A stretch of 32,000 bases of DNA, taken from assembly GCF_000009705.1 (NCBI RefSeq), contig NC_003272.1, forward strand, positions 2,970,001-3,002,000, given 5' to 3'. The position numbers were made by a program, and so were the translations under genes. Source of the stretch: Nostoc sp. PCC 7120 = FACHB-418. Its GTDB lineage: Bacteria > Cyanobacteriota > Cyanobacteriia > Cyanobacteriales > Nostocaceae. Positions 24,000 through 32,000 of the stretch are shown one piece after another; positions within the stretch are counted from its first letter, which is position 1; each line of letters opens with the position of its first letter. The notes beneath the pieces were generated by a model that did not search any database, was not told where the DNA came from, and worked only from the letters and a program-made list of their open reading frames with translations.

Positions 24000-25360
24000 T
24001 GACGATGCAAGTTTCTCCTAGTGCAATTGCTAACTCAGATGCGGTGAGTTTGACATCGAGTTTGTTGGATAGAGATAGTTATTTGGTTAGTTTGTTGAAT
24101 CAGGTAACTGTACCAGCGACAGAGGGATGGTTACAGGAATTACGTGGAAGTGCGGCGAATTGGGTGCGTCATTCAACTATTCCTACTACCCGTGAGGAAG
24201 AATGGCGGTTTACTGATTTGTCAGCTTTGCGACGGGTGGAATTTCAGCAAGGGGAAGTAAAGCCAGCTGATATCTCGGCGCTGAGTTTGTCAGAAGCCGC
24301 AAATAACCGGTTGGTATTTGTCAACGGTGTTTATGCGCCTGATTTATCAGCAGTTGCAGATTTACCTCCCGGTATAGTTGTAGATAATCTATCTGCGTTA
24401 CCCATCACCGAGCAGGAACGTGTACAAAAATATTTAGCACAATCGGAAGGTGCGTTAGAAGTATTCACCGCTTTGAATACGGCTGGTATCTCTGATGTGG
24501 CTGTGGTGTTGGTGGCGAAGAATGTGATTGTGGAAACACCAATACATCTGGTATTTATTGCTGTGGCTGGTGAGACGGCGACAATTTCCCAACCCCGGTG
24601 TTTAGTGGTGGCGGAAAGTGGTTCTCAGGTGAGTGTAATTGAGGAGTTTGTTACCCCAAATGTAGACGAGGGGGTTTACCTAACCAACGCAGTTACGGAA
24701 ATTACGATCGCCGACAATGCCCAAGTGGTTCACACTAGAGTTGAGAATGAAAGTAAGCAGGCTTTCCATATCGGGAAAACTGCGGTAACCCAGGCGCGTT
24801 ACAGTCGCTATACTTGTCACGCCGTAACTTTGGGTGGGAAAATATCACGCCATAATTTAGAGATTTTGCAGACTGGTGAACAAACCGAAACTACTCTCAA
24901 CGGTTTGACAATGGTAGCCACTAACCAATTAGCTGATACTCATAGTGCGATCGCACTCAATCATCCTTATGGTACAAGTAAGCAATTACATAAATGTATT
25001 GTAGGCGATCGCGCTCACGCCGTCTTCAACGGTAAAGTTTTCGTTCCCAAACCCGCACAGCTAACCGATGCAGCCCAGTTAAACCGCAACTTGCTGTTAT
25101 CATCAAAAGCTAGAGTTGACACCAAACCCCAACTAGAAATTACCGCCGACAACGTAAAATGCGCCCACGGCGCAACCGTCAGCCAGTTGGAAGATGATGA
25201 AATATTCTACCTGCAAAGCCGGGGAATAGATGCTAACGACGCACGCAAGTTATTAGTAAACGCTTTCGCCGCCGAAATCATCAACCAAATTCCCGTACCT
25301 TCCTTGCGAGACAAATTACTAAACACTGTCACTAGTTTTAAATCTCTAACTAATGACTAA
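23999..25360 (+). CDS. sufD: Fe-S cluster assembly protein SufD
   Basis: 453 aa with a SufB/SufD beta-helix family C-terminal region (TKPQLEITADNVKCAHGATVSQLEDDEIFYLQSRGI). Its ATG overlaps the sufC stop by 1 nt (TAATG), which suggests translational coupling. Confidence 0.9.
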   Translation: MTMQVSPSAIANSDAVSLTSSLLDRDSYLVSLLNQVTVPATEGWLQELRGSAANWVRHSTIPTTREEEWRFTDLSALRRVEFQQGEVKPADISALSLSEAANNRLVFVNGVYAPDLSAVADLPPGIVVDNLSALPITEQERVQKYLAQSEGALEVFTALNTAGISDVAVVLVAKNVIVETPIHLVFIAVAGETATISQPRCLVVAESGSQVSVIEEFVTPNVDEGVYLTNAVTEITIADNAQVVHTRVENESKQAFHIGKTAVTQARYSRYTCHAVTLGGKISRHNLEILQTGEQTETTLNGLTMVATNQLADTHSAIALNHPYGTSKQLHKCIVGDRAHAVFNGKVFVPKPAQLTDAAQLNRNLLLSSKARVDTKPQLEITADNVKCAHGATVSQLEDDEIFYLQSRGIDANDARKLLVNAFAAEIINQIPVPSLRDKLLNTVTSFKSLTND

Positions 25361-25391
25361 TGACTATGAGTATTGACTATTGACTAATTCC
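25351..25391. repeat. Heptamer array TAATGAC x2, TATTGAC x2 (+ degenerate units) spanning the sufD stop codon and the sufD-sufS spacer
   Basis: Period-7 repeat read directly. The sufD TAA (25358-25360) lies inside the second unit. Confidence 0.8.
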
Positions 25392-25393
25392 CC

Positions 25394-26656
25394 ATGACTT
25401 ATACACCTACCAAAACCCTTGCAGATAAAGTCCGCGCCGACTTCCCCATATTGCATCAGGAAGTCAACGGTAAAACTTTAGTTTACCTAGATAACGCGGC
25501 GACATCGCAAAAACCCTTGTTCGTCTTAAATGCACTCAGGGATTATTACGAGCAATATAACTCCAACGTCCACCGGGGAGCGCATACCCTCAGCGCCAAA
25601 GCCACCGACGCTTACGAAGGCGCACGGGATAAAGTTGCTAAATTTATTAATGCAGCCTCCCGTAAAGAAATTGTTTACACCCGCAACGCCAGCGAAGCGA
25701 TTAACCTCGTAGCCTATAGCTGGGGAATGAACAATTTACAAGCTGGTGATGAAATTATTCTGTCGGTGATGGAACACCACAGTAATATAGTTCCCTGGCA
25801 ATTTGTAGCTCAAAAAACGGGTGCAGTTCTCAAGTTCGTGGAACTAACACCAGAACAAACCTTGGATATGGAACAGTTTAAACAACTGATTTGTGAAAAA
25901 ACAAAACTGGTTTCCATCGTCCATGTTTCTAACACATTGGGTTGTATAAATCCAGTGGCAGAGATTGCGGAAATTACTCACAGATACGGCGCGAAATTCT
26001 TAGTTGATGCTTGTCAAAGTGTTCCCCATATACCAGTTGATGTCCAGCAAATAGACTGTGACTGGTTGGTAGCATCTGGGCATAAAATGTGCGCTCCCAC
26101 AGGCATCGGATTCTTATATGGTAAGTTGGCATTATTAGAAGCCATGCCCCCATTTTTTGGTGGTGGTGAGATGATTGCTGAGGTATATTTAGACCATTCT
26201 ACTTATGCCGAATTACCCCATAAATTTGAAGCGGGTACACCTGCAATTGGGGAAGCGATCGCACTCGGTGCAGCGATAGATTATCTTACTAATATCGGTA
26301 TGGAGCAAATCCACGCCTATGAAGCCGAATTAACAGCTTATTTGTACCAACAATTAGAGCAAATTCCCCAAATTACCCTCTACGGCCCCAAACCCGATGC
26401 TAATGGAGAAGGTAGAGCCGCTTTAGCGACATTTACCACCACAGGAGTCCACGCTAACGACTTATCTACATTATTAGATCAAGAAGGTGTAGCCATCCGT
26501 TCTGGACACCACTGTACCCAACCATTACACCGCCACTTGGGTTTAGCCGCAACCGCACGCGCCAGCTTATCTTTCTACAACACCCGCGAGGACATTGATG
26601 TATTCATCAAAGCACTCAAGGAAACCATTGACTTTTTTGCTGGTATCTTTGGTTAA
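25394..26656 (+). CDS. sufS: Cysteine desulfurase SufS (group II)
   Basis: 420 aa. PLP-lysine motif [16 protein letters not shown] and catalytic Cys loop RSGHHCTQP. Confidence 0.95.
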   Translation: MTYTPTKTLADKVRADFPILHQEVNGKTLVYLDNAATSQKPLFVLNALRDYYEQYNSNVHRGAHTLSAKATDAYEGARDKVAKFINAASRKEIVYTRNASEAINLVAYSWGMNNLQAGDEIILSVMEHHSNIVPWQFVAQKTGAVLKFVELTPEQTLDMEQFKQLICEKTKLVSIVHVSNTLGCINPVAEIAEITHRYGAKFLVDACQSVPHIPVDVQQIDCDWLVASGHKMCAPTGIGFLYGKLALLEAMPPFFGGGEMIAEVYLDHSTYAELPHKFEAGTPAIGEAIALGAAIDYLTNIGMEQIHAYEAELTAYLYQQLEQIPQITLYGPKPDANGEGRAALATFTTTGVHANDLSTLLDQEGVAIRSGHHCTQPLHRHLGLAATARASLSFYNTREDIDVFIKALKETIDFFAGIFG

Positions 26657-26661
26657 TTGAG

Positions 26662-26689
26662 GGTGGGCAATGCCCACCTTTTGATTTTT
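26662..26689 (+). terminator. Intrinsic terminator after sufS
   Basis: 7-bp GC-rich stem GGTGGGC/GCCCACC (26662-26668 / 26672-26678), loop AAT, then TTTTGATTTTT. Confidence 0.65.
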
Positions 26690-27139
26690 ATGAAAAAATC
26701 AACTTTAACTTTGCTATGCTTGCTTTGGGTTTTGATTCCTCATGTGGCGATCGCAGGAGGGTCTAGTTGGGAATATCAAGTTGTTAAGTTCAAGAAAACA
26801 TCCCCGACATCAGCAGAATTTTCCCTACGTCCCACAAGGCGAGAACAAAACCATCCTAGAAAAGAGTGCAAAGAGATTGTAGTACGCGCTCGATATCGTC
26901 CTGAAGCATTTTGGCGACGGACGTGGAGTAGATTTGTTTCTAGAAGAACGCAAAACCAAGCTCTTCGCTTACTTGCAGAATCATTTCAAAAGAAAAAACC
27001 AACCAGATTTGGTGAGATAGGTACTGGTTTGAAGAAAGTAAATGGTAAAGCTTGTGTTTTTGAAAGTAGGGGACTTGATGTGCGTCAAGAACATCCGAGT
27101 AAACAAAATGCCGTATATTCCTATCACGAATCCATTTAG
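26690..27139 (+). CDS. Hypothetical secreted protein (149 aa from the internal ATG)
   Basis: I prefer the ATG at 26690, because the upstream part of the listed ORF is the sufS terminator. It then begins with a signal-peptide-like MKKSTLTLLCLLWVLIPHVAIAGG. Basic; no family recognised. Confidence 0.5.
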   Translation: MKKSTLTLLCLLWVLIPHVAIAGGSSWEYQVVKFKKTSPTSAEFSLRPTRREQNHPRKECKEIVVRARYRPEAFWRRTWSRFVSRRTQNQALRLLAESFQKKKPTRFGEIGTGLKKVNGKACVFESRGLDVRQEHPSKQNAVYSYHESI

Positions 27140-27222
27140 CCTCATTTAGTCTATCCCTAATCTACGTAATTCTTCGGAGTCGGGTAGATCCTCGGCGGAG
27201 GGTAAGGGCGATCGCCACTACC

Positions 27223-28335
27223 TCATCTAGTGAAGTAATTCTGCACAATTTCTAAGATGCGTTCGGCTGCATGACCATCACCAAAGGGATTAATTGCATT
27301 AGCCATCGCATCATAAGCTACTGGATTACTCAATAACTCACTGGCAGCAGAGGTAATAGTTTTGCTGTCAGTACCCACAAGTTTAGCTGTACCCGCCGTG
27401 ACTGCTTCCGGTCTTTCTGTCGTTTCCCTGAGAACCAGAACTGGTTTACCCAGACTAGGCGCTTCTTCTTGCAAACCACCAGAATCAGTCAATAAAAAGT
27501 GCGATCGCCCGATTGCTCCTACCAATTCGGCATAATCAAGGGGTTCTGTTAAAAATACCCGTGGATGATTCCCTAGTAATGCTTGCAATGGTTCGCGGAC
27601 TGTGGGATTGCGGTGTAAGGGTAAGAGCAAGGCGGTATCAGGAAACTTATCTAATATCTGCAAAAATCCTTGAGCGATCGCCTGTAGTGGCTCACCCCAA
27701 TTTTCCCGCCGATGGACTGTAGCTAATAGCACACGATACTCATCCCAGTTTAAACCAGCTACATCGCAAGCTGGTGCATTGGCGGCTACATATAATAAAG
27801 CATCGATTACAGTATTACCAGTTAAGTGAATTTCCCCTAAAACACCAGAACGCTGCAAGTTTTCCACAGCCAAAGTCGTTGGTGCAAAGTGCAACTGGGT
27901 AATTTGGGAAATCAACCGCCGATTAGCTTCTTCTGGGTAAGGATTAAATAATTCATCTGTTCTCAACCCAGCTTCCACATGACCTACAGGAATTTTTTGG
28001 TAAAAGGCTGCTAAACTTGCCGCAAAAGCTGTTGTCGTATCTCCTTGTACCAACACCAAATCTGGCTTATTTTGAATAAATAAACCTTCCAAACCGCGTA
28101 AACTACGACAAGTAATATCACTTAGAGACTGTTGAGGCTGCATAATCTCTAGGTCATAATCCGCCTTGAGGTTGAACAGCTGCATCACTTGTTCCACCAT
28201 CTCACGATGCTGTCCAGTTAAAATCACTTGCAGCTCAAAGTCTGGAGATTTTTGGAAGACCTGAATTACCGGAGCTAGTTTAATGGCTTCGGGGCGTGTC
28301 CCTAAGATAATGCAAACTCGTTTTTTATTAGTCAT
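27223..28335 (-). CDS. wecB: UDP-N-acetylglucosamine 2-epimerase (non-hydrolysing)
   Basis: 370 aa. Characteristic ILGTRPEAIKLAPV, VQGDTTT, GHVEAGLRT, HRREN, LTDSGGLQEEAPSLGKPVLVLRETTERPE. Confidence 0.92.
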   Translation of the reverse strand: MTNKKRVCIILGTRPEAIKLAPVIQVFQKSPDFELQVILTGQHREMVEQVMQLFNLKADYDLEIMQPQQSLSDITCRSLRGLEGLFIQNKPDLVLVQGDTTTAFAASLAAFYQKIPVGHVEAGLRTDELFNPYPEEANRRLISQITQLHFAPTTLAVENLQRSGVLGEIHLTGNTVIDALLYVAANAPACDVAGLNWDEYRVLLATVHRRENWGEPLQAIAQGFLQILDKFPDTALLLPLHRNPTVREPLQALLGNHPRVFLTEPLDYAELVGAIGRSHFLLTDSGGLQEEAPSLGKPVLVLRETTERPEAVTAGTAKLVGTDSKTITSAASELLSNPVAYDAMANAINPFGDGHAAERILEIVQNYFTR

Positions 28336-28375
28336 TGGTCATTAGTCAGTAGTCATTAGTTATTAGTCATTAGTT
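28327..28375. repeat. Seven tandem heptamers (ATTAGTC family; TAATGAC on the coding strand) covering the wecB start codon and most of the argC-wecB spacer
   Basis: ATTAGTC ATTGGTC ATTAGTC AGTAGTC ATTAGTT ATTAGTC ATTAGTT. The wecB ATG-ACT-AAT is the reverse complement of 28327-28335. Confidence 0.85.
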
Positions 28376-28394
28376 AATCTGATAACTAATAACG

Positions 28395-29363
28395 TCATAA
28401 TCCTAACTCTTCTGGAAGACCTAGCATAATATTTAGGTTTTGGACTGCTGCTCCTGATGCACCCTTGCCCAAATTATCTAGTCGAGCCACTAACAGTGCT
28501 TCTTTCGTATTATCGTTACCGAAGACGAAAACCTGAACAATATTAGTACCGTTAACTGCCGTTGCGTCTAAAAATGTGCCGTCACGTAACAGGCTAGGGT
28601 CTTTAAATGGGGCTACCTGCACAAACTTTTCCCCTTGGTAGTATTGGGCGATCGCTTGATGAATCTCTTCACCCGATGGCGGATTGTCCAAAGTCCACAG
28701 AGGTAAGGGTATTTGCACCAACATTCCCTGCTCGAAGTCACCCACCGCAGGGATAAACAATGGTGGTGATGCTAACCCAGAATGCTGGTGCATCTCTTTA
28801 ACGTGTTTATGACCGAACTGTAAACCATAGATACCGAAGGGATAATCTGAAGTTGCGCCTTTCTGCTGCTCGTGGAAGCTATCATACTTTTGGATCAGGC
28901 TCTTACCACCCCCAGAGTAGCCAGACACCGCATTAATTGTTATGGGAAAGCTACTGGGAAGAATACCTTGAGCTATTAACGGACGTACACAAGCTAAAAA
29001 CCCTGTAGGATAACACCCCGGATTGCTCACAAACTGAGCATTGGCGATTTTCTCTCGCTGTCCTGGGTTCATTTCCGGAAAACCATATACCCAACCTTGA
29101 GCCGTGCGATAAGCGGTGCTAGCATCGAGAATCTTCACCTGACTACTGTTAACTAAACTAACAGCTTCCCGCGCTGCATCATCAGGTAAACAAAGAATGG
29201 CTACATCGACGGAATTGAGCAATTTTGCTCGCTCATCCGCATCTTTGCGCTTCGATGCTGCAATACTAACTAGCTCAATATCATCTCGCTCGTTGAGGCG
29301 TGAGTAAATCTGTAAGCCTGTAGTTCCCGCTTCCCCATCAATAAAAATTTTCGGTTTATTCAT
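28395..29363 (-). CDS. argC: N-acetyl-gamma-glutamyl-phosphate reductase, short 'uncommon' form
   Basis: 322 aa. N-terminal Rossmann IFIDGEAGTTGLQI, catalytic Cys in SNPGCYPTG. Its length and architecture match the short ArgC type rather than the ~350-aa common form. Confidence 0.85.
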   Translation of the reverse strand: MNKPKIFIDGEAGTTGLQIYSRLNERDDIELVSIAASKRKDADERAKLLNSVDVAILCLPDDAAREAVSLVNSSQVKILDASTAYRTAQGWVYGFPEMNPGQREKIANAQFVSNPGCYPTGFLACVRPLIAQGILPSSFPITINAVSGYSGGGKSLIQKYDSFHEQQKGATSDYPFGIYGLQFGHKHVKEMHQHSGLASPPLFIPAVGDFEQGMLVQIPLPLWTLDNPPSGEEIHQAIAQYYQGEKFVQVAPFKDPSLLRDGTFLDATAVNGTNIVQVFVFGNDNTKEALLVARLDNLGKGASGAAVQNLNIMLGLPEELGL

Positions 29364-29447
29364 AATGGCTTCAGCATTTGTATACTGAATTTTACCTTAG
29401 GGAACACCAAAAAATAAATTATCCGAAATCGATGGTTTGGTAGTTGG

Positions 29448-29512
29448 GTAGGTTGCGTCAGCATGAATAATTTCTGCCTATAGTTAGGGTATATCACACT
29501 GACGCACCCTAC
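29448..29512. repeat. 14-bp inverted repeat (1 mismatch) with a 37-nt spacer in the argC/small-ORF divergent intergenic region
   Basis: GTAGGTTGCGTCAG (29448-29461) against CTGACGCACCCTAC (29499-29512). Confidence 0.6.
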
Positions 29513-29611
29513 ATTTGGGATATTTTTTAGGGCAATAGGACAAAAATGATAGAGTGCTTAATGCTAATCCCAGACAATTTTCCCAATAAAAAATAAAATT
29601 TTTATTCACAG

Positions 29612-29797
29612 ATGGAAAACACACAAGCTTGGTATATTATCAAGCACAACACTGGTAACTGTGACATTATCCCCGGTGAAAAACTTGGGGAGAGTAATTC
29701 AGAGTTTATTGAACAATGGGGGCCTTTTGATTCAAGAGAAGATGCGATCGCCCGTCGCATTGGATTAATTAGGGCTGGCAAGTGCCAACCACAGTAA
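29612..29797 (+). CDS. Small conserved-looking hypothetical protein (61 aa)
   Basis: MENTQAWYIIKHNTGNCDIIP...WGPFDSREDAIARRIGLIRAGKCQPQ. It resembles a short protein family I have seen widely in cyanobacteria (unverified). Followed by the hairpin GGGGAA-ATTTC-TTCCCC (29811-29827). Confidence 0.55.
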   Translation: MENTQAWYIIKHNTGNCDIIPGEKLGESNSEFIEQWGPFDSREDAIARRIGLIRAGKCQPQ

Positions 29798-29840
29798 TTT
29801 TAGGGAGCGTGGGGAAATTTCTTCCCCATTCCTAACTTCA

Positions 29841-31127
29841 TCACTTCTTTTCTGCCGTTGGCGTACCTTTGGCAGCAATCTGTTTACCTAAGATTTCCAA
29901 TGCTTTAGCAAATTGCAAATCATCCACTGTGCCGAGTTTTTCGCGCTCACGTAGCCATAAATCTTGGCGTTGGGCATCGGTTAATTCTACTTTCACATCT
30001 GGATCAATGCCATGCTTGTTAATATCCCTGTCATTGGGAGTGAGGTATTTGGCGATTGTAACTGCCAATCCTGAGCCATCATCTAGAGGACGGACTGATT
30101 GCACTAAGCCCTTACCAAAAGTTTGAGTACCTACAATAACAGCACGCTTATTATCTTGCAATGCGCCGGAGAGAATTTCACTAGCACTGGCTGAACCTTT
30201 ATCCACCAAAATTACTAAAGGTTTGTTTGTCAAAGCGCGTCCGTTCGCCACTTCTCTTTCCCGTTCTCCCTGACGGTCAACAGTAGAGACAATTGTGCCT
30301 TTATCCATCCACATCCGGGCAATTTCTACACTGGAAAAGAGCAAACCACCCGGATTACCACGTAAATCTAGAATATAACCAGCTACTTGTTGTTTTTCTA
30401 GATTTTTGATGGCTTCCTGCATCTCTTTACTGGCATTAGCACTGAACTGGTTCAGGCGAATGTAGCCCACTTTGCCAACAGCAGTTGGTTTTTGAGAATA
30501 GCGCACCGGATGAATTTCAATCCGCGCCCTTACGATTTTAAATTGTTTTTCTTGATTGTTGCGCTGAATTGTCAAGGTTACTTGTGAGCCGGCTGTACCT
30601 CGGATCAAATTTACGGCTTGATTAGTATCCATCCCCTTGGTGCTTTTGCCGTCAATTTTGAGGATGACATCTTTAGCTAGAATCCCAGCTTTAAAAGCTG
30701 GGGTGTCTTCAATTGGTGCAATCACTACTAATTGCTTCGTTTTTTCATCCTGACTGATGGTGATGCCAATCCCTGTAAGTTCCCCAGAGGTATCCACCTG
30801 CATATTCTTGAATTCCTGAGGGTCCATAAACCGGGTGTATGGATCATTCAGGCGTTTGAGCATTTCCCGTATGGACTTATAAGCTTCCTGCTGGTTACTG
30901 TAGGACTTGTTTAAGTATTCCTTACGAACAGCCTGCCAATCAACTTGGTTAAAAGTGCCGTCTACGTATTGACGCTGAACGATTTGCCATACTTCATCTA
31001 CCAATTCCTTGGGACTTGCTTTAAATAAAGCCTGACCGCGCGAGTGGATGCCAAGGCTAGTAACTGCGATCGTGGAGAGTGTCACTGCCGTAGCACCCAA
31101 AACAAGCCTACTTTTTGTAATCACCAT
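29841..31127 (-). CDS. ctpA: Carboxyl-terminal processing protease (S41 family, PDZ domain)
   Basis: 428 aa with an N-terminal anchor/signal. PDZ (GIGITISQDEKTKQLVVIAPIEDTPAFKAGILAKDVILKIDGKST). S41 catalytic blocks LDLRGNPGG and VDKGSASASEILSGALQDNKRAVIVGTQTFGKG. Which Ctp paralogue (A, B or C) cannot be decided from the sequence. Confidence 0.85.
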   Translation of the reverse strand: MVITKSRLVLGATAVTLSTIAVTSLGIHSRGQALFKASPKELVDEVWQIVQRQYVDGTFNQVDWQAVRKEYLNKSYSNQQEAYKSIREMLKRLNDPYTRFMDPQEFKNMQVDTSGELTGIGITISQDEKTKQLVVIAPIEDTPAFKAGILAKDVILKIDGKSTKGMDTNQAVNLIRGTAGSQVTLTIQRNNQEKQFKIVRARIEIHPVRYSQKPTAVGKVGYIRLNQFSANASKEMQEAIKNLEKQQVAGYILDLRGNPGGLLFSSVEIARMWMDKGTIVSTVDRQGEREREVANGRALTNKPLVILVDKGSASASEILSGALQDNKRAVIVGTQTFGKGLVQSVRPLDDGSGLAVTIAKYLTPNDRDINKHGIDPDVKVELTDAQRQDLWLREREKLGTVDDLQFAKALEILGKQIAAKGTPTAEKK

Positions 31128-31328
31128 AATGACAGCTGCGTCAGAGGGAAAGATTTATAGTCAGTATGCTCAATCTAACACAGGGTAAAGTGTAACGACC
31201 GAGGATGTATTCCTAACTTCATCAAAATACTTTGTAATCCGGCGACCTAGCCGATTGTTGTTTACAGAAAGTTTATGAATCAATGTGGGAGTAGAGAGTT
31301 ATTACTTCCCTCTGCTCCCCTGCTTCCT

Positions 31329-32000
31329 CTAAGGATCTACCCAACGACCATCAGCTTTAATTAAGTTAATTAGTTCCTCAACGCCTTTATCTTCTGGGAC
31401 TTTTTTAATTTCTTCTCTGCCACGATATAAAGAAATGTAACCAGGAGTTTTACCTACATAACCGTAGTCAGCATCAGCCATCTCTCCTGGGCCATTGACA
31501 ATGCAACCCATGACAGCAATGTCTAGTCCTGTGAGGTGTTTAGTAGATTCACGTACTTTATGTAATACTTCTTCTAAGTTAAATAAAGTACGTCCGCAGG
31601 AAGGACAGGCTACATATTCCACCATTGTTTTCCGCAAACCTAAAGCTTGCAGAATGCTGTAACAGACGGGAATTTCCTTTTCCGGTGCTTCTGTCAGGGA
31701 GACGCGAATAGTATCGCCGATACCATCAGCTAATAATGTGGCAATACCTGCTGTGGATTTAATCCGTCCATATTCACCATCACCAGCTTCGGTGACACCT
31801 AAATGTAAGGGGTAATCCATTCCTAAATCATCCATGCGTTTAGCCATGAGGCGATAGGCGGCTACCATCACGGGAACTCGTGAAGCTTTCATGGAAATGA
31901 CTATGTTACGGAAGTCGAGAGATTCGCAGATGCGAATAAATTCTAAGGCAGATTCCACCATGCCTTCTGGAGTGTCGCCGTAAGTAAATAACATTCTCTC
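31329..32000 (-). CDS. ispG: 4-hydroxy-3-methylbut-2-en-1-yl diphosphate synthase (IspG/GcpE), C-terminal part; N-terminus lies beyond the window
   Basis: The frame is open to nt 32000. [4Fe-4S] ligand motifs ACPSCGRT and GCIVNGPGE. Stop at 31329-31331. Confidence 0.92.

Noticed and set aside
26657-26689. Upstream extension (start at 26657) of the ORF after sufS
   Set aside because: These codons are the sufS terminator stem-loop and U-tract. The ATG at 26690 yields a canonical signal peptide.
28327-28375. Possibility that the heptamer arrays (also 754-781, 1641-1670, 1754-1781, 25351-25391) are CRISPR-like or minisatellite coding repeats
   Set aside because: The units are 7 bp and contiguous, with no spacers and no cas genes. 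They match the short tandemly repeated (STRR-type) heptamers known from heterocystous cyanobacteria.
1-32000. Searched intergenic regions for tRNA/rRNA genes, transposase or integrase remnants, toxin-antitoxin pairs and CRISPR arrays
   Set aside because: Nothing was recognisable by eye. The small repeats found are non-coding hairpin or MITE-like elements only. A tRNAscan/Infernal run would be needed to exclude small RNAs formally.

Overview
The window looks like a chromosomal segment of a filamentous (Nostocales-type) cyanobacterium. I counted at least 30 copies of the HIP1 octamer GCGATCGC by eye, there are many tandem heptamer (STRR-like) tracts, and the gene content fits. The order, from a Fur-family zur/furB-like gene to sufR-sufBCDS, resembles what I remember of Nostoc/Anabaena PCC 7120, but I cannot verify that here.

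Nearly all of it is housekeeping:
- SPFH protein (5' partial) and a Fur-family repressor (probably Zur)
- purS-purQ
- AI-2E permease, LCP-family envelope protein, class D (OXA-like) beta-lactamase, orphan PAS histidine kinase
- an NAD cluster, pncB-nadD-nrtR-nadE, with a visible operator palindrome
- orphan ABC ATPase, TPR protein, YbjQ-family protein
- sufR divergent from sufBCDS, with two CAAC-N6-GTTG boxes
- wecB, an uncommon-form argC, an S41 C-terminal processing protease, and ispG (partial)

I found no tRNA, rRNA, CRISPR array, transposase or integrase.

The one clearly foreign-looking gene is a 638-aa ORF at 2553-4469. It is very AT-rich (about 28% GC against about 45-48% in the flanks) and sits alone between purQ and the permease. 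Its N-terminus looks like an HsdR_N / PD-(D/E)xK domain, and I recognise nothing in the remaining ~500 aa. This is my best candidate for an undescribed single-gene defence or selfish function.

The other findings concern small dispersed repeats and hairpins. Some look like MITE insertions with target-site duplications. Heptamer arrays supply stop or start codons at gene junctions. A 39-nt polypurine tract abuts the sufC start.

All functional calls come from reading motifs by eye. No searches were run.
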